From: Octopus sinensis
Taxonomy: Eukaryota
DNA length: 64,000 bases
Reading direction: 5' to 3'
Assembly: GCF_006345805.1 (NCBI RefSeq)
Contig: NC_043003.1
Location: 45,446,001 to 45,510,000, forward strand
Shown: positions 1 to 12,334 of the stretch, piece after piece
How the letters are laid out: every line of letters begins with the position of its first letter
Numbering within the stretch: position 1 is the first letter of the stretch
The notes under the pieces: generated by a model
The model's database searches: none
What the model saw: only the letters and a program-made list of their open reading frames with translations
Told to the model about the DNA's origin: nothing
Made by a program: the position numbers and the translations under genes

Positions 1-50
1 AAATTTCTAGACGCAATCCCACGGTCATTCGTGACTGAGGGGGGTCATTA
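1..50 (+). repeat. 3' end of dispersed repeat family D (truncated by window edge)
   Basis: GGTCATTCGTGACTGAGGGGGGTC matches the end of the copies at 31062-31255 (-) and 63120-63300 (+). Confidence 0.55.
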
Positions 51-296
51 CTCTTTTACTTGCGGAGTTGTATAAAACAATGAGTTGCCAGTAAAGTGTG
101 ATCCCACTGAAGCATAACGGAGAGGATATGCAAGCCAGTCTCTTTGTAGGGGATACAATATGTTGGGCATTACATGGGCCAGTGGACAGAACGTCATTAA
201 ATCAGCAGAGATGAGGTGGTTGTAGATGTGGTGGATGTAGATAAGGAAATTTGAGAACTTGAAAGGAGTAATATTAACTGAATACAAACTGGAACT

Positions 297-668
297 GGCT
301 GCGTGGCAAGTAGCTTGCTTACCATGTTCAGTCCCACTGCATGGCAACTTGGGCAAGTATCTTCTAATATAGCCTCGGGCCGACCAGAGCCTTGTGATTG
401 GATTTGGTAGACAGAAACTGAAAGAATCCCGTCGTATATATCTATATTTATATAAGTGTGTGTATGTTTGTGTGTCAATGTTTGTCCCCCAACATCGCTT
501 GACAACCGATGTTGGTGTGTTTACGCCCCAGTAAATTAGCAGTTCGGCAAAAGAGACCGATAGAATAAGTATTAGGCTTACAAAGAATAAGTCTTGGGAT
601 CGATTTGCTCGACTAAAAGCGTTGCTCGAGCATGGCCACAGTCAAATGACTGAAACAAGTAAAAGAGT
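297..668 (+). mobile_element. tRNA-derived SINE, family A
   Basis: B-box-like GTTCAGTCCC, then CTTGGGCAAGT (resembles the CORE-SINE core), an internal (TA/TG) tract and the tail ...CAGTCAAATGACTGAAACAAGTAAAAGAG. Recurs many times in the window. Confidence 0.85.
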
Positions 669-1496
669 ATCATTGGGTCGCCTGGATGAGAATGTCTAAT
701 TACTGAAAGACTCGAAATACCCAATCGCTCCAGGAAACATCACTTATGATGTATTCTATGCGAGAGCTAATCTAGTAACACATGGTCTTGAAAGAAAGTA
801 ATGCCTTTTACAGCCATATACACTGCGTACACAAACACAAACACAAGCACACACACACACACACACACCCAAGCACACACATGGACGCACGCACGGACAC
901 ATATACACATCTCGAAGATGGAAAATAATATATCTCTAAGATAGAAAATAGCTGGTTTTAATAGCAAATCAGATTTGCTTATGCATAGGATACCAACTTA
1001 CAGTTGCAAACTTCATTAGATTCTAAGGAAATGATTGGGGGAGAGTAATAAACAAGGTATATCTGAGGAAACTCATAGATATCCGACAGTACCTGATCGC
1101 ATTGCTCCCGAGGAAGCAACTATACATGGCTGTCGCTGAACAATATTTGATTATGGAGTAATTCTAACCATTAATCTGATATAATGATATAATCATGTGA
1201 ACTCAGCAACTGAAAGCTGCTGTCCGTTGCAGAAACAAATGTGATTCGCTATTAAAGCCTGCTAATTTCCTTCGTGTTATACTATTTGTATATCCATGCA
1301 ATATCCTTACACTGTATAATTCTTATATCCCATACAATAGTGGAGTTCCACTTATTTATCCAACCTTGGGCAGTATCCTGCAGTAGAAAGGCATGTGATG
1401 TACAGGAGCTTTCAAATGCACATGTACAGGAGCTTTCAAATGAAGCTATCCAGATTATACTAAAATGTATGTGTGTGCATGTTTATGTGTGTGAAG

Positions 1497-1531
<35 letters not shown>

Positions 1532-1923
1532 GAGTTAGACAGATAGATAGAAAAGACTAAGATAGAAGCATAAGGGTGACGATAGTGGGGGGATGTCTCA
1601 GCAGCTGCTGCTAATGATAATGAGGAAGATGAATTAGAATACATTTTTAATTCTAATTCTTGTGAAATTATTTCCTTCCTCTATTATTCTATTCTTTCAT
1701 TCATTCCTACATTCCTTTATGATCCGTTCCTTTCTTTATTCGTCCAGCCATTCTAACATTCTAGAAACTTTAATCCTTTGTTCGCATATTCATTCAAAGA
1801 CTCATTGTCCTTGTTTCTTCTTTATGCCATTGAAGACCACGGTTGGTAAGTCAGAATTCATTCGCCTCTCCCACGCCATTACCAAAACTACGACTATCAA
1901 TAACGACGACGGCAACAACAAAA

Positions 1924-1963
<40 letters not shown>

Positions 1964-2068
1964 GTAGTGCCACATTCTCTAATTTTATATTAACATCTTA
2001 TTACAATCGTAACTACTGCATTCCTCAACACAAAATCCCACTTAATAAAAATATGTGTGTGTGTATAC

Positions 2069-2099
<31 letters not shown>

Positions 2100-2124
2100 T
2101 ATGTGTGTATCTTTTATCGTTTGT

Positions 2125-2320
2125 CTCTTTCTTGTTTCAATCATTAGACTGTGGCCATACTGGAGCACCGGGTTGAAGAATTTTAGTCGAATTAATCGAC
2201 CTCATACTTTTTTTTTGTTATTCTACGTGTCGCTTTTGCCGATGATGTACAGGCACCACCACCGATAATCAAGCGGGGGTGGAGACAAACACGCTCACAT
2301 ACACACACATGCACACGAAT
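2125..2320 (-). mobile_element. SINE family A, older 3' fragment
   Basis: Diverged reverse complement of the family A tail (TTGTTTCAATCATTAGACTGTGGCCATACTGGAGCACCG). Confidence 0.65.
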
Positions 2321-2444
2321 AAGTTCACACCTGGGGCAAAGCTTTGACTATAGAATGTGATGACAGTGCATTTTGTTAGAAGCTGTGTTTCTGGAATCGT
2401 TCCTCAAGAGTTTCACGTTATTCAAACGAAGGAAAGCTAAGTAT

Positions 2445-2843
2445 TCTCTCTTTTTCTTTTACTTGTTTCAGTCATTTGACTGCGGCCATGCTGCAGCACC
2501 GCCTCTAGTCGAGCAAATCGAGCCCAGGACTTATTCTTTGCAAGCCTAGTAGTTATGCTATCGGTCTCTTTTAGCCGAACCGCTAAGTGACGGGGACGTA
2601 AGCACACCACCATCGGTTGTCAAGCTATGTTGGGGGGAAAAACACAAACAAACACACATAAATAAATATATACATATATACGACAGGCTCCTTTCAGTTT
2701 CCGTCAACCAAATCCACTCACAAGGCTTTAGTTGGCCCGAGGCTATAGTAGAAGACATTTGCCCAAGGTGCCACGCAGTGGGACTGAATCCGGAACCACG
2801 TGGTTGATAAGGAAGCTACTTATCACACAGCCGCTCCTTCGCC
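2445..2843 (-). mobile_element. SINE family A, full length
   Basis: Reverse complement of the 297-668 copy, from the tail (CTTGTTTCAGTCATTTGACTGCGGCC) to the head (CACACAGCCGCTCCTTCGCCT). Confidence 0.9.
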
Positions 2844-2845
2844 TA

Positions 2846-2932
2846 ATGGGGAAAGGCAAAGTCGACCTCAGCAGAATTTGAACTCGGAACGTATCTGCCA
2901 GCTTGCTAACGTATCTGCCAGCTCACCGCCTT
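2846..2932 (-). mobile_element. SINE family B 5' fragment
   Basis: AAAGGCAAAGTCGACCTCAGCAGAATTTGAACTCGGAACGTA is the reverse complement of the family B body at 53785 ff. Contains a 20-bp tandem duplication. Confidence 0.7.
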
Positions 2933-3309
2933 ATTCGTAAAGATACAGAAATGTGAATATTAAATAATGATATGATAGATTGCAGAGCACATCAGACATT
3001 CGTCTTTTCAGTTAATAAATGCAGGACACTTGACATAATCATTTATGTCAACCTATTTAAGCAGTTTTACACATGGTAAGACGCAAAAAAAGAATGTGCT
3101 GACAGTATTAAACTGGATAAATACCTAACGTTTATTTATTTATTTACTTTGTTACTACATCACTATTACGGTGTCTCAAATTCATATTTTTCGAAATCCA
3201 ACATTCGGATATTTCTTAGCACATATCGCTTGAAGGTTTTGCAAACACCCATCTTTTATTGAAAATTATAAAATGCTCTAAAACGATGTCATTAGACAAT
3301 TTCGCCAAG

Positions 3310-3480
3310 GAGACGAGCTGGCATAATCATTAGCATCCAGGAGAAAATGGTTAACGGAATTTTTGTGATTTTATGTTTTCAGTACGAAGTCAGCATTAAT
3401 CTTCATCATTTTGGTTCCGATAAAATAAAGACCAGCTAGGCCTTCAGATTAATATAGTCGACTTGTCCCCTTCCTCTATA
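3310..3480 (+). mobile_element. SINE family B, old copy
   Basis: GGAGACGAGCTGGCATAATCATTAGCA head, followed by diverged family B body. Confidence 0.55.
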
Positions 3481-4329
3481 ATTTCAGGATTAAATATATA
3501 TTAATACTTTTGTAGCCATTAATGTAAATATACATATATTCTATAATAGACCAACCGTATTTTTACTAGCTAATTTTATCATCCGATGAACACGAAATAC
3601 ATGTTCTTCTGAAAAATTCTTTCAAAGTAAAGTTGTTGCTTTTTTTTTTGTATTTCACGGTTATTTTGTTAGAGAAAAATCTAGCTAGAAAAATTAAAAT
3701 TTACAAGGAGAGTTGTCATTAAGTTGGTAGATAATATGCGTGTTTGAATGACAAAGAGATGAAGAGTGTTCGTTGTGAAACACATTATACTGGATGTGGG
3801 ATCAAGGAAATTTTGGGTACAACTGTAGGTCCTTTAATGCTATTTCTATTAAACTTCTCTATATTCATAGTCTAGTTAATATTATTAAATTAGTTAATAT
3901 AATTAGTAAGCACATATCCGGTTTACATTTTGCAGAGGAAATCCTGTGACAATGTCGACACATTACAAGGCGGTGCCTTCGAAAAAGAACGTATAGAGAG
4001 AACAGCATTAATATTGAAGAATACAAAAATAGGAAACGAAATACTATATATTTCTTCATAGATATTAAAAGTTCGTTCTTACGTTATCGGGATACACCTA
4101 TACTTACAAATAAGCATTTTCTGTAGACCACATGCACTAAGAGACTTGTTTCTTGGAAAACCACGTGTTTTGTGCATAAGAAAAAGTGTCCTGGGCTCTT
4201 ACATATCCAAGGTATTTCCAGATGCAAGATACATATGAGCAACATGGACCGAAGGATACCACACACACACACACACACACATACATAAGTGTTGGTAGAG
4301 TTTCACTCATTTATGTTGCATAGGATGCA

Positions 4330-5030
4330 AGAGTAATTGAGAAAATATCAATATTAGTATATTGTCCTCTTCAAAACAATTGAAAGGTTTTATTTCTTTC
4401 AGATACACCGTGGCAGATAAGATGTTAAAAGAAGAAATGAAAAAAAAAAATGCACTCGTTGTAGCTTTACATACGGAACATGGCGATTAAGAAAATTGCC
4501 AAGAAAAATTACGAACATTGTTCGCTTTGGTCTTGCCCAGATGATGAAGGAAAACATTTTTGGAGCAAGACCAAAAACCTAACAAGAATTGATGGATGGT
4601 TATGATCAGAACATTCTGATGTCTTCAGGGTGATCAACTGTGATAGGAATGGTGAGTAATGTTTCACAAACGAGCATCCCATGAATGAATGAATGTCAGA
4701 CAAAGTTTACGATCATGTAATGCAAAACGTATGATTTGCAAAATTATCAGATACAAATCCCATAGCCAACTACGTTTGAAAAACTGTTGAAAGGAAGATT
4801 AATCGATATCCTCACAATATTATGGCTTCACTGAAGGCCACTATTGTCCAGGTGATGTCCGAAATGTATACGGACGATTTAGTACAAGCATGTCAATAAT
4901 TCCGGTTCTGCATGGAAGCAGTCACTGAAGGAATCTTATCGAGAACATGTGCACAAATTTATGTTAAATTATATTTGGTTTTTGTCAGTATTGTTTTATT
5001 AAATTAGTTTCCCCAAAGTCGCTCTCTGTC
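4330..5030 (+). pseudogene. Decayed Tc1/mariner-superfamily (maT/DD37D-like) transposase remnant
   Basis: About 4745-4945 translates to SDTNPIANYV*KTVERKINRYPHNIMASLKATIVQVMSEMYTDDLVQACQ*FRFCMEAVTEG, the SPDLNP..W..VE...N...HN...SLKA.I...M C-terminal pattern of these transposases, with in-frame stops. Outer limits are approximate. Confidence 0.7.
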
Positions 5031-5134
5031 CCTATATGCGTACTTACATTTATACCTGTCACATATACACACACACACTCACATACACACACACATACAT
5101 ATATATATATATGTGCCTAAATACACATGCACTA

Positions 5135-5615
5135 CCCCACCTGTCTGTGTTCGGATTGTCTTTGCATAAGGACCATCCGGACTCCCGACCTCACCGTGAA
5201 CAAGAATTAATCTTCTCTCTTCACTCCTTTGCCCCACTTGGGCTCAACTCCCTTCCTCTTCTCTTGTCTTCTGACACCTACTTCCTCTCTTCACTGATAC
5301 CCTTTCACACACACAACCACACGTCAATGTCACTAGCCCCTATCCACACACACATAATTAATCTTTCTCGCATACACACATACAAGCGCACCTTCGTTTT
5401 GGGATCACCAATACTTTATTATCTCCTCTTCTTTCTACGTTTCTTGTCAAAAAATTTTGCCCAACCAGCCGCCATGCTTGATCGCTAAATCCACAAGTCT
5501 TTTTTTTTTATTCTCACTCTTATTTTCTCTTATTCCTTTCTCACTTTGCCGAGGGTGAAACTAATACACCTGCTTGCTGTTCTTACACCTGTCTTCGTCT
5601 TTTGTTTTGTGTGAG
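5135..5615 (+). mobile_element. Penelope-like element 3' remnant (GIY-YIG endonuclease C-terminus, 3' UTR and pLTR tail)
   Basis: Peptide HLSVFGLSLHKDHPDSRPHREQELIFSLHSFAPLGLNS fits the end of the Penelope GIY-YIG domain (REQ.LIF.L....P.GLN). The tail ACACCTGTCTTCGTCTTTTG is shared with the HHR-bearing copy at 58.1 kb. Confidence 0.7.
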
Positions 5616-6570
5616 CGTGTGTATGCACGTATTTGTGTGTGTTCGTGTGCATGTATGTATATATATATTTAAAAAATGCAGGCACACATACACATATATA
5701 GAAATATATATGGTAGATATAACCCCGTGCAATTCAATTTTACTTTATCCAAGCAAGAAATTCATACACTGCGAGTGCATAACATGCAGTCTATTCTATG
5801 ACCATATGTGTATGGGAATTTGAATTAAACAAATAGGAAGATTGGACCTCAGTATAACACACAAAAGAATATGCTGGCTTATGATTTAATACTACATACA
5901 TACATATAACATATGGATCATGGTTACACCGTTTTTAGAACAATATATGTGTGCGCACGTGTGTTCAGCTCGCTGTCAGTTTTTACATCACGTGTGTGTG
6001 TGTGTGTGCATGTCTGTATGTATACTACGTGTGCATACTTTTGTTGTGTCTATCTATTTCAAGGCGTGTGTGTTCAGTATAATTGTAACAAAAATAACAT
6101 TGAATTAATGTTAATTAATTAGCCCTCTGCTAGTAGAATAATTAATAACATCTGCTTAGAATAGGAATTTGGGCATTCATGCGGTTGTATTTAGCTTCAT
6201 GCTGTGACATTTACTGTTATTTTATTCCCAAGGACGCTGCAATAAGTTGTCCAACATCGGTTAACTACATTGGTTTAATACCTCGCAGCGTTTGACTCCG
6301 TCTTTCGTCGTTTCGGGTTCACTTTCTTAGAAAGAAACTCTGTAGCTTCTTCATGAGTGAATAAAGAAACAGATGGAATATAGTTGGGACCGATATCGAT
6401 TTAAAAGCGGTTATATAAATTTTGTAAAACACTATCATCTTAAGACGTTAGATAAACAATCATTTATTCCAGTAGCTTTCAACACACCTCTCTTCATTTT
6501 GGTTAGAAAATCCCTACAGAACATATCTGCATTACATCAATCAAATAAAATCTCAGATCAGGCATGGCTA

Positions 6571-6942
6571 GGCGTAAGCATGGTTGTGTCATTAAGAGGC
6601 ACATATTGTAGCCTTGTGGATTCGGGTTCAGTCTCACTGCACGATACCTGTAGTAAGGGACTTCTACTATAACCTCAGGCCGAAGCCATACCTTGAGAAG
6701 GAATTTGGTAGACGGAAACTATGTGGAAGCCTGCCGTAAGTGTATATATATACATACATATATATACATATATATACATATATGTACATACATATATATA
6801 TATATACATATATATATACAAATATACATACATATATATATATATATACATATATATACACACACATATACATATAGACAGACATACATATATATATATA
6901 CACACACACATATATATATATTATATATATATATATATATAT

Positions 6943-7003
<61 letters not shown>

Positions 7004-7225
7004 GTATGTATACATATATATGCATTTGTGCATATTTGTGTTTGTTCCCATCCTCACTTGAGAAACTCTATTTGTTTGCTTACGTACTCCTGAATCTTAT
7101 CGGTTCGCCGAAAGAGTACAATGAACAAGTACCAGGCTTAAAAGAAAGTACATGGATCAACTTGTTCGACTTAACTGTTCTAGACAGTATCACAGCATGG
7201 CCGTAGTTAAATGAATGAAAGAAGC
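6571..7225 (+). mobile_element. SINE family A with expanded internal (TA/CA) microsatellite
   Basis: Family A head (GGGTTCAGTCTCACTGC) and tail, separated by a ~290-bp dinucleotide tract at about 6740-7030. Confidence 0.75.
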
Positions 7226-7454
7226 AAAAGATAAAAGAATAAAGAAAGTTGATTTTACAGAATCACGACCGTTTCTTACCCACAATCGAAGCGAAGAAAG
7301 AATCGAACTTAACTCATTAACGTCATTTCAATGCAATGAATTACACGCGATCTATTTCAAAAGATTTCTGTGTACAAAATAATACAATCCACACTGAATA
7401 TTGTTATCGGTATAAAAATTAAGCCGGAAAATTCTCTAAGCGGTTACCCGTCTC

Positions 7455-7635
7455 GTTTGAAAGAGCAACCAAGTCTTCCTCAAATATCAACCTACGGTCT
7501 TATAAATGGATGGAAACGCAGAGCTTAATCATAATATGGCATGTCTGAAAATAAGACCGAATTCTGATGTCTGGAAGGTATTTTAGCATTGATCTGCACG
7601 AACAGGGATGACCTGGGAGTAAAAACCAACGATTT
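7455..7635 (+). repeat. Old dispersed repeat family G
   Basis: GAAAGAGCAACCAAGTCTTCCTCAAAT...GATCTGCACGAACAGGGATGACCTGGG resembles copies at 39.8, 42.4, 56.5 and 61.7 kb. Confidence 0.5.
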
Positions 7636-7956
7636 GAGACAAAGCAAACTTATTTAAATTCACATTAATAGCATTTTTCGGTTCACAGACACCATTAATA
7701 ATCCGGAAAAATCATGTGAAAGCTTCGTCTCTCCAACAACAACAAAAATATAGATGAAAAATATACAGAAAGAAAGTAGAATCTCGTTGATCATCCGTAA
7801 TCTGGTTTGCTTCAAAACTAGAGTAATTGACAATCGTTTAATACCCGTCTAATTCAACTCTTTCCACATCAGATACATCTGTGTTTGCTGACTCTTATCT
7901 AAGACAACAGAGCAGAAGCATGAATATACACAAATTGAAACACTATGTATACATAC

Positions 7957-8022
<66 letters not shown>

Positions 8023-8330
8023 CGCCTATACGCACACAGAAATACGTATATTAATAATCGCATGTTTTCATACACACAGCAAGCAAGACAAAACAAAACA
8101 TGGAGTGAAAAACATTTCAAAGATGATAAATATCTGCTAATATCCTTGGCCTTATTTCCTAGATTTATACACGACTTCCATCTGTTTGTTTCATGATAAA
8201 CATTCGCTTTCTTTTGAACACCAAAATATCCAAATACCCGACCTGCATTCACATACGCGTACACACACACGCACACATACACACAGGCACACACACAGAC
8301 ACATATCTCCCCACATATATATGTATATAT

Positions 8331-8364
<34 letters not shown>

Positions 8365-9045
8365 TAATACCCCACACATATATGTGTATACACACACACA
8401 CACACATATAAGTACATATATAAATTTATATGGATGCTTGTATGTCATTAGATTTAGAATGTAATTCTAGACGCATCGTGAAATATGAAAATAAATCTTT
8501 TCATTGTATATATATATATATGCGTATATTTGTACGCTTATGTATATACACATACATATATATATATAAGTATGTTTATGCATGTATATATACATATGTG
8601 TGTGTATGTTTGTGTGTGTGTATATGTAAGTCCAGGTGCATCACTAAATAATGCATGGAGAAAGTGTGTGTGCATATGTTTATATGTAAGTATGCTTCAC
8701 AAACTGTGTGCATATTTTTGTATGCATGTATGCTTCCCAGACTTATATATTTCAAGCTTTCCACCTGTTTAGTCATTTATAAGACGTCGACTTTCTAAGC
8801 ATGCCACTCGCGGATGATGTATAGCTGTTAACAACTAAATGTTTATGTCGGTTATTTAAATTATTGTTATCAAAATATCTTTCTAAGATTTTATATTATA
8901 TTTTATATTTTATCTTCTTTGTCCCCAGACAGGACCTCTTCTGTCCTGTCGGTCTATTTGCTGAAAATAGCAACTAAATCACCGTCAAAATTTACTAAGC
9001 TATCTTTAATACATTGGAAAGCAGCATAGGTAATGTGGTACTAGA

Positions 9046-9395
9046 TCGAATGTTCTTGGTCATTTTTTATCAATGGACCCCTTTGAATACTATTTTATTC
9101 TGAGGGTCCCCCATGGCTATTCGATGTTTAAAAACTAGTTTTATAGAAACTTCTTCCAAAGTTCTTACTTTGTTTTTCACACCTTCACTTGTGTAGGCCA
9201 AACTATGCAAAACATTAAAGAAAAAAGTCTAGCTGTTTCTTGCAATACATACCAATATATACATATCAGGCAAAAAATTTTCAGGGGCCCTTAAAATAAT
9301 ATTTTGGATCCCCAATTTAATATTTTGCTGCGTGGACCCCAAAAATCTTATATCGACACTCAGGGGTCATATGGATCCCAGTTGAGAACCACTTG
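9046..9395 (+). mobile_element. hAT-type MITE (decayed 5' end)
   Basis: Homologous along its length to 40001-40334. Ends in the TIR GTTGAGAACCACT. Confidence 0.7.
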
Positions 9396-9447
9396 ACGAG
9401 ACGAAAAAAGATGAGTTGGCCCGATTGGAATACCATTATCTGCAGGT

Positions 9448-9735
9448 GGAGGCGCGTGGCTTATTGGTTCGGGTATTCGGCTGACGATCGCAAGGCCGTA
9501 TGTTCAATTCCCGGCGGCACGTTGTGTCCTTGAACAAGACACTTTATTTTACGTCCACTCAGCTGGCAAAAATGAGTTGTACGTGTAATTCAAAGGGGCC
9601 AGCCTTTTATATTCTGCTTCACGTTGAATCTCCCTGAGAACTACATTAAGGGTACGCGCGTCTGTGGAGTGCTCAACCACGTACGAGTTAATTTCACGAG
9701 CAGGCTCTTCCGTTGATCGTATCAGCTGGAACCCA
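9448..9735 (+). mobile_element. tRNA-derived SINE, family C (head 1 + tail Y)
   Basis: GGAGGCGCGTGGCTTATTGG (A box), GTTCAATTCCC (B box), and a tail shared with 39366-39560 (-). Confidence 0.85.
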
Positions 9736-10185
9736 CGGAATGTCAGAGAGTTGGTCTAGGGCAAACTGATCTGAGATTTAAAAGCGATACCAAGTAAGGC
9801 ATCACTCCTCAAAAGTTTATTTTATTCTATTATGTCAACAACCTCTAAACAATTTATATCCAACACAAACGATATCTCGTTAGTTTTTGCGGTATGTTAA
9901 TGGTAATTAAGTTATGGACGGTAATGCACACTTAACTGAGAAGTTAATGCTACAGCTCGAACAATCTTCAATGATTGCATCACAGCACATGTCAACAGCA
10001 CCACTTGCAGCAGACCGCAACTGCTGATCACAGCAGTATTGTTCCATATTCGTAGACTTCATTGAAACTATATCTGTTTCTGCTTCCTCTGTACTCTGAA
10101 AACGCACTACAACTTGCTAAGCACAAGACATATTTACATACATGCAGGCACAAATACAGATAGAGAGAGAGAGTACATTATGCAC

Positions 10186-10242
<57 letters not shown>

Positions 10243-10534
10243 TATATATATATATACATATATGTCCTCGTCTTTTCCTCTCTTCTTTGTTTCAGACTTT
10301 TCAGCTTCCTTAGCAACTAAAATTGTGCAATCAATCTCACACACTTTCCACCTAATTCATCTTTTTGTCTGCAAATATAAACTTTTGGAGATTCACGCTG
10401 GTCTTCAAACGCAATGACCTCACCATTTTAGGAATGTCTATAAACGCCAGTGCTTTATGTAAATACACATACACGCACACGTGTACATATATGCGTGTGT
10501 ATGTATATTTATATACGTATGTGTGAGTGCGTGC

Positions 10535-10568
<34 letters not shown>

Positions 10569-10793
10569 GTGTGTGTGTATGTGCGTATGTAAAGTATGTA
10601 TGTATATATATATGATAGTATAAATATATTTATACTTTTACACACCCACCACACACACATATCATATGTCATATATAATATATATATATTATATTAATTT
10701 ATTTATTTATCATATTTCATATCGAGAGAGAGGGAGAGAGGAAGAAAGAGAGAGAGATGTATATATCTGTGTGTATATATATATATATATTAG

Positions 10794-10826
<33 letters not shown>

Positions 10827-10885
10827 ATATCTATAATATATATATATATATATTATATATAATATATATATTATATATATATATA

Positions 10886-11585
10886 TCGATGTCTTGATAC
10901 TTTTCAGGGAGAGATATTTATACAAAACTCTAATCTCCTTCATAGGAAAACTCTGATGTCAATGTTCTTGTTCTAACGTTCCAGCTTCTTCATGAAGACT
11001 CCATGGTTGTTCTGCAGTATGAAAGTTTCTTGGGGCCTTGTCATAGCCAAAGGGAGTAATGTCAGGACTATAGGGAATGTGAGGTGTAGTTTTGATGCCC
11101 ATCTCTGTCAAGGGGTTGTTTTGCGGCATGGAAGTCTGGATTGGTGCATTGACCTGGTACAGGTGCCACCGACCCGAGTGGAAGAGCTCGCGACTTGTGC
11201 GACGATATTTCTTCCTGAACTCGCTCAAAACCTATGGAAAAAATATATTTTGTTCACCGTCTGACCAGAGGGTAACTAGTGGATATATATGATACCCTTG
11301 CAGTATAAAAAGGTTTCCAGTTGACTTGCTTTGCCTGCATGCTTCCATTCAGTACTCTGTCTCTTGGTCTCTAGGTCACAACAGTAGATCCAGCTTTCGT
11401 TATAGGTTACCAGAAATTGAAGTACTATAGGATTGGATGTAATGAGCTCAACCATCACCTTGCTATCACCAATATGTTTTTCCCTCTGTTCATCATTAAG
11501 CACCCTGGGAACCAACTTTATAGAAATTTTGCGCATGTTCAAATCTTCATGAATAATTTTGTGTACATTTTCCACGCTAAGTGAA
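10886..11585 (-). pseudogene. Decayed mariner (DD34D-type) transposase, C-terminal two thirds
   Basis: Minus-strand ORFs give VHKIIHEDLNMRKISIKLVPR (WVPR motif), VTYNESWIY..DLETKRQSTEWKH (TGDESW), HLYQVNAPIQ (HDNAP.H), PHIPYSPDITP (YSPDLAP) and a terminal EGD*. Frameshifted. Confidence 0.9.
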
Positions 11586-11599
11586 AACTCTAATCTTAT

Positions 11600-12334
11600 T
11601 TTCTTTCAAGCAAATTTACCGAACACATCGAGCAGAGACATTCTGTCAACTTTTGCCAAATAATTGGTGATACTCAAATCCAAACCATCCAGAAAGCCTT
11701 TGGCGATGATGTCAAGGGCAAAACTCAGATCAAAGAGTGGTACAACTGTTTCAAACATGGTAGTACCTAAACGGAGAGCGGAGCAAGCTCGGACAGGCCG
11801 TTCACAGGCCGAAATGTGGAGCCAACTGAGAAAGCTAGACGAATTGTTATGGCAGACCAAGTAACAATTCAGAAAATTACTCACGAAGTGGGGATAAGCA
11901 AAGGATCAGTGCATTCCAATTTAATGGAGTATTTGTGTACGTGGACAGTATCGGTGAAAACGAAATAATTTCGGATACCTTTCGAACGAACCTCGTAATT
12001 CAAGCTTTTCCGGACAAGAACAACACACTACTTGTTCGAAAGTCTTCTTACTCTCCCGACTTCGTACCATTTGAATTCTGGTATTTCTGCAAACAAAAAA
12101 CTACGCTGAAAGGGAAGCAATTTGCGTTGCGAGAGAAAATTAAGAAAAAAGCGACTGCGGAGCTCCATAACACTCCTGAGAAGGCGTTTGGGAGGTGTTC
12201 CCAGCAGTAGCAGAACCGCTGGGAGATGTGCGTGAACTCCCAAGGGAAGTATTTTGAAGGTGATTAAATAGAATCTGTGAAATATACAATTTTTTTTACG
12301 CCCAAAGATTGGATACTTTTTTAACGCACTTCAT
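11600..12334 (+). pseudogene. Decayed, internally deleted mariner transposase (N-terminus and C-terminus)
   Basis: Translates to EQRHSVNFCQIIGDTQIQTIQKAFGDDVKGKTQIKEWYNCFKHG (HTH), then SYSPDFVPFEFWYFCKQKTTLKGKQF...RWEMCVNSQGKYFEGD*. Ends in TIR-like GGATACTTTTTTAACGCACTTCATA. Confidence 0.9.

Noticed and set aside
1398-1445. Short tandem duplications (24 bp here; also about 13935-13990, 20745-20800, 23095-23200)
   Set aside because: Ordinary slippage duplications with no further structure.
6667-7206. Stacks of IYIY/HTHT/CVCV ORFs here and at many other loci
   Set aside because: Dinucleotide microsatellite translations, open in several frames at once.
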